Shown: positions 10,120-20,016, numbered from the stretch's first letter. The stretch: 64,000 nucleotides of DNA from Smithella sp. (GCA_049523355.1 JBEKMY010000001.1:76454-140453); one strand, 5' to 3'. The notes: generated by a model not told the origin, from the sequence alone. Translations and numbers: made by a program.

Positions 10120-10599
10120 TTATTCTTCTTCAATCGAAATGTCAATGACTTCAAAGTTACGCGTACCGCCTGGTGTTTGCACGATGATTTCACTACCGAT
10201 ACGTTTACCGATCAGGGCTTTGCCGATAGGAGATGTCACGGAAATTTTGTTTTTATTGATGTCGGATTCATAAGGGCCTAGCAGTTGATATTTTATTTTT
10301 TCGCCGCTGTCGGTATCTTCCAGGCTGACATAACAGCCGAAAACTACTTTGTCAGTAGTCAACCCTTTTAAATTAATAACGTTGGCCATGGCGAGCTGAT
10401 TTTCCAACTCCTGCTTCCTTCCATAGAGAAAAGACTGTCTTTCTTTGGCGGCGGAATATTCAGCGTTTTCGGAAATGTCACCGTGCGCGCGCGCGACTTC
10501 GATATCTCGAACATTTTCAGGAATGGACACATTCTTTATTGTTTCAATGTCCTTTTTCAATTTTTCAAAACCAGCTTTGGTAATAGGTATTTTTTCCAT
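10120..10599 (-). CDS. greA: Transcription elongation factor GreA
   Basis: MEKIPITKAGFEKLK...ARAHGDISENAEYSAAKERQ is a canonical GreA N-terminal coiled coil. The length of 159 aa also fits. Confidence 0.95.
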   Translation of the reverse strand: MEKIPITKAGFEKLKKDIETIKNVSIPENVRDIEVARAHGDISENAEYSAAKERQSFLYGRKQELENQLAMANVINLKGLTTDKVVFGCYVSLEDTDSGEKIKYQLLGPYESDINKNKISVTSPIGKALIGKRIGSEIIVQTPGGTRNFEVIDISIEEE

Positions 10600-10787
10600 A
10601 GCAACTCCAGATTATTTTGCTGCGTCCTGACGTGATTTGTTCAAAACTACGGGCAGGATAATTACTTAAGCTTTGTTTAGTAGAGAATAAGTACCCTGTC
10701 AAGCAACATTTAACAGAAACATTTAATGGTTCTGTTTTGCCAATTATGCTATTAAAATCTTGATGAATATTAAGGTTTTTAGAAATT

Positions 10788-11556
10788 ATGCTTGATCGCT
10801 TAACAGGGAAATAAATTACTTGCGCGTTTCCATAACCGACAGATGCAATTTGCGTTGCAGTTATTGCCGGCCCAAAGAAGGAATTTCTTTGAAGGGGCAT
10901 GACGATATTTTACGATACGAGGAAATAATTCGCATTGTTTCCATCGCCGTAAAAATGGGATTAGTCAAGGTGCGGATAACAGGAGGCGAGCCGCTTGTGC
11001 GCAGGGGTTTCATCGGCTTTATTACTAGGCTGAAACAAATGCCATCAGGAGTTTCAATGATGATGAAGTTTTGGCATTTGCGGGGCTAACCTTCAATAAA
11101 CCGTTTCAGGTGCGGTTTATTGAATTAATGCCGCTCGGGCAGGCGAAATTAGACTATGGCGAAGATTATATACCTGCAGCGCAATTGATTGAGAAAATTA
11201 GCGAAAGCTTCGAACTGGAACAAATAAAAAATGAAAAGAACAAAACCGACGGTCCGGCCAAAATCTATAAGATAAACGGCGGACGTGGTTAAATCGGTTT
11301 TATTACTCCGGTAAGTGATCATTTTTGTTTGGCATGCAATCGTTTGCGCCTTACTTCCGATGGGAAATTAAGGGTTTGCCTGCTCAAGGAAACGGAAATT
11401 GATTTAAGGAAGGCGCTGCGGGAAAATTGCAGCGATACGGAATTAGAAAAGCTTATAGTGGACGCTATATGATTAAAACCAAAACAACATGATCTGATCT
11501 GTACGGAAAATAGTTTAAGAAAATGTTGCCGGAATATATCGGAGATTGGCGGTTGA
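10788..11556 (+). pseudogene. moaA: Decayed GTP 3',8-cyclase gene (moaA) with frameshifts, an internal deletion and an in-frame stop
   Basis: MoaA-like pieces lie in three frames. MLDRLTGK* starts at 10788. (E)[21 protein letters not shown]...[12 protein letters not shown] runs to about 11040. ...[27 protein letters not shown]...KINGGRG* follows. IGFITPVSDHFCLACNRLRLTSDGKLRVCL...VDAI is followed by a TGA and then LKPKQH...ISEIGG*. About 90-100 codons between the first and second pieces are missing. Confidence 0.8.
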
Positions 11557-11708
11557 AAAACAGTAATTAAAAGGATATATTTTCACAGAAATAAAGTATA
11601 ATCGTATTACTGGAAAGCGGACGGAAAATGCAGGTTAGTCGCGAGGCGGCGAATCACCAATAAATTTATCATGGATTTAATGTAAAAGTTTAATCAGGGA
11701 TAACTCAA

Positions 11709-12491
11709 ATGTTTTTCGATCAAAAAAATACCGGATTTTCCGGAGAAAGATTGAAGACGCCGCGAAGGGACTATGTTTTTGCACGGCAAAAAGAACTTGT
11801 TTTGGATTTGATAGTTCCGCTGTCCGGAGAAAGAATCCTTGATGTAGGATGCGGCACTGGCAATAATCTTCAATTTTTTAGTGAAAAATGGTGTTTTTTA
11901 ACGGGAGTTGATTCCTCCGGAGAAAAACTGGAAATTGCACGGCAAAAATACGGCGACCGCGCCGAATTCATTTCAGGCCAGGCAGAGGATCTTCCCTTTT
12001 CCGACGATGAATTTGATATCGTAACCATAATTAATTTTTTGGAAATTGCGGATAATCCGCGAAAAGTCATTGAAGAAGCCATCAGAGTCTGCCGGGGCCG
12101 TGTTTTTATAGGATTTTTAAATAACTATTCCTTTGTGGGGACAAAACAACGGTTAAAAAAAATATTCGGGTTTCCTCTCTCGCAGGAAATGCGCTTTTTC
12201 AGTTTTCCTGAAATCAGAAATATGGTGATGGATTCAGCAGGCGATACTGCCATTAAGTGGGGTAGTGTTGTTTATTTCCCCGGCATTGTTTATGATTTTT
12301 TTGAAGAACTGGAAGAAATGTTTCCCGTCCGAAAAAATCCATTTGGTGCTTTTATTGGCCTGACTTTTCCCGTAAAATACATTTACCGGACTGCGCAAAG
12401 CCCGATTATGAATTCATTAAAACTAAAAACAGAAAACCCTGACACGGCTCCGGAAGCTGTGCGGGATATGTTGAGGCAAGCGAATAAATGA
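11709..12491 (+). CDS. Class I SAM-dependent methyltransferase (Methyltransf_11-like)
   Basis: Motif I ILDVGCGTGNN, the post-I acidic residue (GVDSS), and the motif LPFSDDEFDIV. Confidence 0.75.
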   Translation: MFFDQKNTGFSGERLKTPRRDYVFARQKELVLDLIVPLSGERILDVGCGTGNNLQFFSEKWCFLTGVDSSGEKLEIARQKYGDRAEFISGQAEDLPFSDDEFDIVTIINFLEIADNPRKVIEEAIRVCRGRVFIGFLNNYSFVGTKQRLKKIFGFPLSQEMRFFSFPEIRNMVMDSAGDTAIKWGSVVYFPGIVYDFFEELEEMFPVRKNPFGAFIGLTFPVKYIYRTAQSPIMNSLKLKTENPDTAPEAVRDMLRQANK

Positions 12492-13498
12492 TTAAAGAAG
12501 CGATGCTTTACGAAAAAATTGATGACCGGCGCGTGCATTGTAATTTATGCGCGCACAGATGCGTAATCAAACCCGATAGACGTGGTGTCTGCGGAGTAAG
12601 GGAAAATAGGGACGGCATTTTATATTCACTGGTTTATGGAACATTGATTGCCGAAAACATTGATCCTATCGAAAAAAAACCATTCTTTCATGTTTTGCCC
12701 TCTTCCAAATCCTATTCCATCGCCACAACGGGATGCAATTTCAGTTGTGAATTTTGCCAGAATCATGAAATTTCGCAGACGCCTCGTTTAACGCGAATGA
12801 TAACAGGCGTTGATTTACCGCCCGCGGAAATTGTCGCCCGGGCGAAAAAAAGCGGTTCGAAAACAATCGCCTATACGTATACCGAACCGACCATCTATTT
12901 TGAACTGGCCTTCGATACGGCGAAAATTGCCATCGAGAATGGTTTGAAAAACGTATTTGTCACCAACGGTTTTATGACCGTCGAAACCATTGAAACGATA
13001 GCTCCGTATTTAGCCGCCGCCAATGTGGATTTGAAATCTTTTCGTGACGAGTTTTACAAAAAACAGTGCGGAGCCGGGTTGAATCCGGTTCTTATGAGTT
13101 TGAAAAAAATGAAAGAAATGGGAATCTGGGTAGAAATAACCACGTTGCTTATTCCCACACTCAATGATAACAAAGAAGAACTCAACGACATCGCGCAATT
13201 TATTGCAGGGCTGGGCATCGAGACTCCCTGGCATATCAGCCGCTTTTATCCGCAATTCAAAATACAGAACCTGCCGGTAACTTCCCTTTCTTCATTGCAT
13301 CTGGCAGCAGAAATCGGAAAACGGGCCGGATTAAAATATGTATACAGCGGCAACGTTCCCGGTGACGAAGGCGAAAGCACATATTGTTTCCATTGCGGCA
13401 ATCTTTTGATTGAACGTCTCGGTTATAAAATCAGCAGCATTAACCTTAAAGGGAATAAATGCCCGAAATGCGGGACGGAACTGGAAGGTATTTTTTAG
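12488..13498 (+). CDS. amrS: AmmeMemoRadiSam-system radical SAM enzyme (AmrS-like)
   Basis: N-terminal CNLCAHRC...RGVCGVR, a radical-SAM CNFSCEFCQN motif, and a C-terminal CFHCG...CPKCG. The start overlaps the upstream stop (ATGA). Confidence 0.8.
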   Translation: MIKEAMLYEKIDDRRVHCNLCAHRCVIKPDRRGVCGVRENRDGILYSLVYGTLIAENIDPIEKKPFFHVLPSSKSYSIATTGCNFSCEFCQNHEISQTPRLTRMITGVDLPPAEIVARAKKSGSKTIAYTYTEPTIYFELAFDTAKIAIENGLKNVFVTNGFMTVETIETIAPYLAAANVDLKSFRDEFYKKQCGAGLNPVLMSLKKMKEMGIWVEITTLLIPTLNDNKEELNDIAQFIAGLGIETPWHISRFYPQFKIQNLPVTSLSSLHLAAEIGKRAGLKYVYSGNVPGDEGESTYCFHCGNLLIERLGYKISSINLKGNKCPKCGTELEGIF

Positions 13499-13549
13499 GG
13501 AAAAATTCCTATGTTTTACGAAGTTCGTATATAAATGAAGGAGGAATAT

Positions 13550-15478
13550 ATGCAACTACAGCATCTTTTTTCACCGGTTACCATTAACGGGATGACCTTA
13601 AAAAACCGGGCGGTTATGCCGCCTATGGGTACAGGATATGGCAATGCCGACAGCACGGTCAGCGACCGTTTGGTAAGTTATCTGGCCCGGCGGGCTCAAG
13701 GAGGCACCGGTCTGATTATTACCGAAGTATGCGCTATCGCTCCGCGCGGCAAGGGTTTCCCCAACGAGATTGGCGTCTGGAATGATGAATTTATTCCGGG
13801 ATTGGCGCGTATTCCGGAGGCCTTACATCGCTTTGGCGCCAAGGCGGCGCTGCAACTGCATCATGCCGGCCGCGAAACCTTTGAGTCTGCGGCCGGCGCT
13901 ATGCCCGAGGCGCCTTCGGCCATACCCAGTGTTATCCTGGGCCAGCCCTGCGAGGCTATGTCGGAGGAGCGTATTGCCGAGGTTATCCGTGCCTTTGCCC
14001 GGGCAGCCGCGCGCGCGCGTCAGGCGGGCTTCGATGCCGTGGAGCTTCATGGAGCGCATGGATATTTATTGAATCAATTTCTTTCCCCTTTTTCGAACCA
14101 GCGCGATGATCAATACGGCGGGAGCGATGAAAATCGTATGCGCTTCATTTTGGAAATTGTTGCGGCAGTGCGCAAAATTGTGGGACGGGATTTTCCTGTC
14201 TGGATTCGCGTATCGGCCGATGAACTGGTGCGCGGGGGGTATGACCTGTCCTTCATGCAGAAGTTCGCTCCCAGGCTGGTTACAGCCGGAATTGACGCCA
14301 TCCACTGTTCGGTCGGAGTCTATTCCACACCCGGCAACCTCGCTATTGCATCTATGGATACCGATCCCGGATTCAACCTGTTCCGCGCCCGCGCGCTCAA
14401 AGAGGTTGTGGATGTGCCGGTTATCGGCGTGGGCCGTATCAATAACCCCGATCTGGCCGATCAGGCCATTGCCAGAGGCGATGCCGACCTGATCAGTTTC
14501 GGCCGTCAGCATCTAACCGATCCGGATTTTATCAACAAAGCCCGCGACGGAGCTATTGATGATATCCGCTGGTGCACGGCCTGCAATCAAGGTTGCATCG
14601 AACGCCTGAGTTTTGAGATGAAGTCCGCAACCTGCAGTTTTAATCCAGAGTGCGGCCGTGAATATAAGGGACAAGCGCCTAAAGCCGCTCCGCCCAAACG
14701 TGTTTGGGTTATAGGCGCCGGGCCAGCCGGTTTGTCAGCCGCCATGGCGGCTTCCGCGCGTGGGCATAAGGTGGAAGTATTTGACAGAGAAGCGCAGCCC
14801 GGAGGGCAGTTGTTATCAGCCAGCCGGCCGCCGCACAAGGCGGCCTTCATGGACTGGGTTGAATGGTCGCTGCGACGCCTGAAGAAAGCTTCCATTGAGA
14901 TACACAGCAGTCAAACGGTGAGAGCCGGCGATATACGGCACCAAATGCCTGATAGCGTGATCCTGGCCTGCGGCGCTTATCCGGTTGTGTTTCCGATTCC
15001 CGGTCTTGATTCCAAAATAGTGGCGGATGCCCGTGATGTGCTTACAGGAAAGGTTGAACCCAAGGGTCCGGCCGTGATTCTGGGAGCGGGCTATGTCGGT
15101 ATGGAAACCGCTGATTATCTGCTGGCCAAAGGTGTTGCGGTCACGGTTCTGGAAATGCAGACTTTTCCGCCCGTAGGCAAGCTTACCGCGCATGGATACT
15201 GGCTGCACAAGCGCATCAAGGATGCCGGCGGCAGATTACTCTTTGGCGCCAAGGTGTCAGGCATTGAAGATGGCGCAGTGCGCTATCGACAGATGGATAC
15301 TGAAAAGGTGGAGAACGCGGCCATGATTATTACCGCCATGGGCGCCAAGTCGGAGAATGCTTTGGAAGATGTACTTAAAGATATGGCCATTCCCTATCGA
15401 ATAGTCGGCGACGCCAAAAGCCCTCGCCGTATTCTGGAGGCCATCCACGAAGGTCATAAGGCAGGGGAAGAGATATAG
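13550..15478 (+). CDS. Old-yellow-enzyme-type FMN oxidoreductase fused to an FAD/NAD(P)-binding domain (2,4-dienoyl-CoA reductase/NADH oxidase-like)
   Basis: AGGAGG RBS before the ATG at 13550. OYE TIM-barrel motifs (MPPMGT, HGAHGYLLNQFLSP), a Cys cluster CTACNQGC...C, and a Rossmann motif VIGAGPAGLSAA. The gene is markedly G+C-rich. Confidence 0.85.
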   Translation: MQLQHLFSPVTINGMTLKNRAVMPPMGTGYGNADSTVSDRLVSYLARRAQGGTGLIITEVCAIAPRGKGFPNEIGVWNDEFIPGLARIPEALHRFGAKAALQLHHAGRETFESAAGAMPEAPSAIPSVILGQPCEAMSEERIAEVIRAFARAAARARQAGFDAVELHGAHGYLLNQFLSPFSNQRDDQYGGSDENRMRFILEIVAAVRKIVGRDFPVWIRVSADELVRGGYDLSFMQKFAPRLVTAGIDAIHCSVGVYSTPGNLAIASMDTDPGFNLFRARALKEVVDVPVIGVGRINNPDLADQAIARGDADLISFGRQHLTDPDFINKARDGAIDDIRWCTACNQGCIERLSFEMKSATCSFNPECGREYKGQAPKAAPPKRVWVIGAGPAGLSAAMAASARGHKVEVFDREAQPGGQLLSASRPPHKAAFMDWVEWSLRRLKKASIEIHSSQTVRAGDIRHQMPDSVILACGAYPVVFPIPGLDSKIVADARDVLTGKVEPKGPAVILGAGYVGMETADYLLAKGVAVTVLEMQTFPPVGKLTAHGYWLHKRIKDAGGRLLFGAKVSGIEDGAVRYRQMDTEKVENAAMIITAMGAKSENALEDVLKDMAIPYRIVGDAKSPRRILEAIHEGHKAGEEI

Positions 15479-15559
15479 GATTTTTATAAATGCTTGCCAT
15501 ATTTTAAATTTTCTTTTAAAATTAGTACGAAACATAGATTAAACAGGAGGTGTTTGGTT

Positions 15560-16003
15560 ATGCAGAGAACGAGCGATCTTTTAAAGAACAAGACGAAAGA
15601 GTTGTGGACGATTCTGCCGGACGCTTCGGTATTTGATGCTCTGAAGCTCATGGCGGAAAAAGAAATTGGGGCATTAATGGTTGTTGATAAAAAGGGCAAG
15701 GTTGCCGGTATTATTACGGAACGCGATTACGCGAGAAAAATTGTCCTGAAAGGAAAAACTTCTCCGAAAACTCTTGTTAAAGAAATTATGACACCTTCCA
15801 GTAAAATGTTTACAGTAAAACCTGATACTTCAGTAGAGGAGTGTATGGTCCTGATGACGGGTAAGCATATAAGACACGTGCCCGTTTTTGACAATGGCAA
15901 ATTTATGGGACTCATTTCTATTGGAGACGTTGTAAAGTCAACTATTTCCGAGAAGGATATGCTGATTGATCACTTGAGTAATTACATCGCGGGAAGGTAT
16001 TAA
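15560..16003 (+). CDS. CBS-domain pair protein
   Basis: AGGAGG RBS before the ATG at 15560. Two CBS repeats (GALMVVDKKGKVAGIITERD; HIRHVPVFDNGKFMGLISIGD). Confidence 0.8.
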   Translation: MQRTSDLLKNKTKELWTILPDASVFDALKLMAEKEIGALMVVDKKGKVAGIITERDYARKIVLKGKTSPKTLVKEIMTPSSKMFTVKPDTSVEECMVLMTGKHIRHVPVFDNGKFMGLISIGDVVKSTISEKDMLIDHLSNYIAGRY

Positions 16004-16039
16004 TTTTCAGGATATCAAAGAGTTACACCTTTGTTATTC

Positions 16040-16072
16040 AAGGCAGGGTTGCGACGGCCCTGCCTTTTATAT
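16040..16072 (+). terminator. Rho-independent terminator (aaggcaggg/ccctgcctt stem followed by ttttat)
   Basis: 9-bp stem and T-rich tail 37 nt after the CBS gene stop. Confidence 0.65.
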
Positions 16073-16275
16073 TACTGAATTTATCTTTAGCGTAAATTTT
16101 GATTACAATTTATCTTGCAATTGGAAAATTGTCCAAAAAGTTTAAAGAGATCAAAGCACTACATGTTGTGGTATAATTATGACGACACCACATTTTATTG
16201 TGTTTTTTTCTTTACAAAGGGTAAATCTTTTGTTACGCTTCCATAAATTATTACAAGTACTATAAAGATGTTTTT

Positions 16276-19200
16276 ATGAATTTAAAAAGGCTAGAAATAT
16301 CCGGTTTTAAATCGTTTCGCGATAAGGTTGTCCTTGATTTTTCCAGCGGCACAACGGGCATTGTCGGTCCCAACGGTTGTGGAAAGTCCAATATCGTTGA
16401 TGCTATACGTTGGGTAATGGGCGAACAAAGGGTTAAGGCTCTGCGCGGTAAAAAGATGGACGATGTTGTTTTCAACGGCAGTCAGGATTCCGCGCCTGTA
16501 AGTATGGCGGAAATTACGATGACCCTAATTGCCAATGGAAACAGTTTCCCCGGCGCTTATTCCGATTTGAATGAAATATCCATTTCCCGTAAGGTTGTTC
16601 TTGAGGGTGAAAGCGAATACTATATCAACAGGGTTCCCTGCCGTCTTCTTGATGTTAAAGAATTCTTCATGGGCACCGGTGTCGGCGCCAGAACTTATTC
16701 TCTGGTCGAACAGGGACATGTGTCCAATCTTGTCGAAGCCAAACCGGAAGATAGAAGATTGTTTATAGAAGATGCCGCCGGTGTATCCAAATACAAAAGC
16801 CGGAAGGATGCCGCTGTCCGTAAAATGGAAGCGACAAAGCAAAACATGGTTCGGCTCAACGACATTCTTAAGGAAGTGAAATCCCAGCTCAATGCCATCT
16901 CAAGGCAGGCCAAGAGAGCGGAACAGTATAAAAACATAAAACAGCAAAGCAAAGAAACGGAATTAACGATTGCCCTGCAAAGCCATATTGAACTCGCCGA
17001 AAAAGGATCTTCGCTGCAGGCCGAGCGCGCGGATCTGCAAAATCAGGATGCCGTTATACACGCGAATATCGAGGCTAAAGAATCAGCAATCGATGAGCTT
17101 AAAGTGAAGCTTTTGGAAAATGAGGAGCTAATAGCCAGAAGTCAGCATGATCTCTACGAGATTAAAAACACTATAAGCATTAAAGAGAAAAGCATCGAAT
17201 TTGCCCGGCGTCAAATCATTGACACTTCCGAACGCAAGCAAAAAGATTTGGCGGAAATTCAGTTGTTGCAGACAAAGAAAGACGATTTAATTGCCGAAAT
17301 TGAAAATTTGCAAAAAAGCGCGGCCCAGGCCGAAAATAAAATCACCGTTTTGAAAGCTGAGCATGATGAAGGTCAGCAAAAAGTTCAAGAGCTTATCAAT
17401 GCCAATAAAGAAGTAATTAATCAATTGGAAGAAAAGAAGATTTTATATATTGATATCGTGACAGAAAAAGCCAAGCTTAAAAATATGGTTTCCAGTCTGA
17501 GCAAAAATATTGAGGATTTAGTAAAGCGCGAGGAAAGAGAAACACGTGAACTGGATGAAGATAAAAAGATGTTTGCTGATTTAGTAAGCAAACTGGAGAT
17601 GGTAAATGAAGAATTAAAGAAGGATGAAGTCCAAATCATTAAACTGGAAGAAAAAAAAGTGATGGCTTCATGCGAGCTTGAGCGATCTAAATCAGATTTA
17701 CAGCTTAACGAAGAAGATGTAGCTAAAATCAAGGAAGAAAACAGCGTCAAGTCTTCCCGGTTAATTTCCTTAAAAGAGTTTCAGGAAGCGTCTAAGTGGT
17801 GTAATGAAGGTGTCAAAAAAATAATCGAAAATAAGGAACACAGCGATAAATTTTACGGAGTTGTGGCCGATCATATAAGTGTACCGCGCGAATATGAAGC
17901 AGCTGTGGAAGCTGTTTTGGGAGAGAAATTACAATATGTGGTGGTTAAAAGTCAGGAAGACGGCGTGCGCGCGATTGATTATTTAAAAAACTACCAGTTG
18001 GGCAGAGGAAGTTTTGCCTCGGTAGATTTGAGAAACAACAACGCGAAAACATACAGTGACGAACACCTCCAGGAAGCTCAACCTCTATTGCAGAAAATTA
18101 AAGTCCATGAAGATTTTAAACAAATTGCCGATTGTCTGTTGGGCGACGTTTTGCTGATACCGACAATTGAAAACGGCATTTCTCTGTGGAAGAAAAATGG
18201 TTTTCGTGGCACTTTTGTCACACCGGAGGGAGATATCATCAGTCCGCATGGTGTATTGACGGGCGGTAGTGGTTCTGCGGTTGAGAAAAGCCTTCTGGCG
18301 ACAAAAAGAGAAATTGGTGAATTGGAAATAGAAGTATCGGCGCTGGTCGCGGATCTGGAGGTAAAAACAAGTCAAAAAAATAATCTTGTTTCCACTATTT
18401 CGCGATGGGAGGAAGAACTCAGTCAAATAAAAACGGATATTCATTCGCTGGAAATTGCTGTTAATGGCAGAAAAAAGGATCACGAACGGTTTGAAGCCGA
18501 GACGAACAGGTTAAAACAGAGGATCGTTGTTTTGGAATTTAACCGGCAAAATCTTAACGCGGAAAAATCCGAAGCCGAAGGAAAATCTCAAATATTTAAC
18601 GCCGATATTTTACGCAAGGATGAAGAGGAAAAAGAAATCAATGAAGTCATTTCCATCTTTAACGGCAAGAGAGAGCAGTCCCGGGCGGAAATTGATGAGC
18701 AGGAACGTTATTTAACGGGTAAGAAAATAGAAATGGCTTCTCTGGAAGAAAAAAAAGAAGCTGACCTGCGGACAATATCACGACTGCAAAATGATATCAG
18801 TGCCATTGCCACTGAGAATAACATTAAGGGCGAGGAGATTGTTTCGTGCGAAACACAAATTGTGGAATTAACTCAAACAATCGAAAGTGAGCAGGGATTG
18901 CTAAAAGAACTTTATCGGGACTTCGCGGCGCAGGAAACGATACTGGTGGAAAAGAAAGCGGAACAAAATCGTGAAGACGCGCAACTGAAAATAAAAGAAA
19001 ATGAAATCAGGGAAATAAAAAAGAAACTTGATGAATTGCGTCAGCAGATCAATGAAATGGAAATTCAGTGCAGGGAAGTGGCCTTAAATAGCGAAAATCT
19101 GAAAAAAGTAATTGCCGAAAAACACGATGTTGATCTGGAATGCATGGCCTCGGGATTTGAAAAGATTGAAGAAGAAAAACTGGCTGAACTTATCGCCTTA

Positions 19201-19824
19201 TTGGAAAAGAATAAACAAATGATAGATGAATTCGGCGAGGTAAATTTGCTTGCCCTTAATGAATATGAAGAGCTTGATAAGCGTTACAGCTTTTTATCAG
19301 AGCAAGTAGCCGATTTAAGTTCTTCTCTCAATGTTCTGCAAAGGACGATTACGCGCATTAATAAAATATCCCGTGCCCGATTTGCCGAAACCTTTGAAGC
19401 CGTCAACATCTGTTTTAAAGAAGTATTCGCGCAGATATTTCCGGGAGGTCATGGTGAACTGCTGCTGACTGATGAAAATGATTTGCTGGAAACAGGAGTG
19501 GATATTGATATCCAGGTTCCCGGCAAAAGAAGGCAAAATGTTAATTTGCTTTCCGGCGGTGAAAAATCGCTGGTTGCCGTCGCTCTGATTTTTGCCATTT
19601 TGAAGTATCGTCCGTCGCCGTTTTTGATTTTAGACGAAGTTGACGCCGCTTTGGATGACGCCAACACCAATCTTTTTAACCGGTTGATTAAGGATGTCGC
19701 CCAAAAATCTCAGGTTGTCATGATTACGCACAACAAGAGCACAATGGAAGTTGCCGATACACTTTTTGGCGTGACCATGCAAAAACAGGGGATATCAACG
19801 TTGGTTTCCGTCAATCTCAATTGA
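16276..19824 (+). CDS. smc: Chromosome segregation protein SMC
   Basis: 1182 aa. N-terminal Walker A GPNGCGKSN, long coiled coils, a hinge, and a C-terminal LSGGEKSLVAVALIFAI...LDEVDAALD. Confidence 0.95.
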   Translation: MNLKRLEISGFKSFRDKVVLDFSSGTTGIVGPNGCGKSNIVDAIRWVMGEQRVKALRGKKMDDVVFNGSQDSAPVSMAEITMTLIANGNSFPGAYSDLNEISISRKVVLEGESEYYINRVPCRLLDVKEFFMGTGVGARTYSLVEQGHVSNLVEAKPEDRRLFIEDAAGVSKYKSRKDAAVRKMEATKQNMVRLNDILKEVKSQLNAISRQAKRAEQYKNIKQQSKETELTIALQSHIELAEKGSSLQAERADLQNQDAVIHANIEAKESAIDELKVKLLENEELIARSQHDLYEIKNTISIKEKSIEFARRQIIDTSERKQKDLAEIQLLQTKKDDLIAEIENLQKSAAQAENKITVLKAEHDEGQQKVQELINANKEVINQLEEKKILYIDIVTEKAKLKNMVSSLSKNIEDLVKREERETRELDEDKKMFADLVSKLEMVNEELKKDEVQIIKLEEKKVMASCELERSKSDLQLNEEDVAKIKEENSVKSSRLISLKEFQEASKWCNEGVKKIIENKEHSDKFYGVVADHISVPREYEAAVEAVLGEKLQYVVVKSQEDGVRAIDYLKNYQLGRGSFASVDLRNNNAKTYSDEHLQEAQPLLQKIKVHEDFKQIADCLLGDVLLIPTIENGISLWKKNGFRGTFVTPEGDIISPHGVLTGGSGSAVEKSLLATKREIGELEIEVSALVADLEVKTSQKNNLVSTISRWEEELSQIKTDIHSLEIAVNGRKKDHERFEAETNRLKQRIVVLEFNRQNLNAEKSEAEGKSQIFNADILRKDEEEKEINEVISIFNGKREQSRAEIDEQERYLTGKKIEMASLEEKKEADLRTISRLQNDISAIATENNIKGEEIVSCETQIVELTQTIESEQGLLKELYRDFAAQETILVEKKAEQNREDAQLKIKENEIREIKKKLDELRQQINEMEIQCREVALNSENLKKVIAEKHDVDLECMASGFEKIEEEKLAELIALLEKNKQMIDEFGEVNLLALNEYEELDKRYSFLSEQVADLSSSLNVLQRTITRINKISRARFAETFEAVNICFKEVFAQIFPGGHGELLLTDENDLLETGVDIDIQVPGKRRQNVNLLSGGEKSLVAVALIFAILKYRPSPFLILDEVDAALDDANTNLFNRLIKDVAQKSQVVMITHNKSTMEVADTLFGVTMQKQGISTLVSVNLN

Positions 19825-19832
19825 TTCCATTC

Positions 19833-19940
19833 CTAAATCAAAGCACTATTTTTGTCGGCGTTGTTGTGGGCTTCATCAACGTATATAAAATACACTTCGT
19901 TGCCTTAATTCTGGCCGCCTCAATATCATCTTTGGTTTAG
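19833..19940 (+). repeat. Intergenic repeat, family B copy with terminal inverted repeats (ctaaatcaaag / ctttggtttag)
   Basis: Collinear with 52803-52925. Shared blocks are ggcttc(m)tcaacgtat..aaatac and gccgcc..at(c)ctttg. Located between smc and ftsY. Confidence 0.6.
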
Positions 19941-20016
19941 AAATGGCATAATAGAAATCTTTACTTCTTTATAAAAAATAGTTATTAATTAATCATCATA
20001 CAGGAAAGGTGTTGCT

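Noticed and set aside
10600-10787. Moco riboswitch upstream of moaA
   Set aside because: No Moco-motif-like conserved blocks or long helices are visible, and the gene downstream is itself decayed.
11470-11472. In-frame TGA in moaA as a selenocysteine codon
   Set aside because: No Sec is known at this position in MoaA. The gene also carries frameshifts and a large deletion, so a nonsense lesion is the simpler reading.
13770-15208. Six ORFs of 63-148 aa in alternative frames or antisense (13770-14072, 13823-14059, 14066-14512, 14106-14492, 14110-14301, 14587-14895, 14816-15208)
   Set aside because: All are nested inside the 643-codon OYE/FAD oxidoreductase gene. Their Arg/Pro/Ala-rich translations have no motifs, which is the expected artefact of locally high G+C.
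16151-16162. 12-nt match (atcaaagcacta) between the smc upstream region and the left end of the family B repeat at 19836
   Set aside because: The match does not extend, so I could not show a further repeat copy at 16140-16230. It is treated as coincidence.
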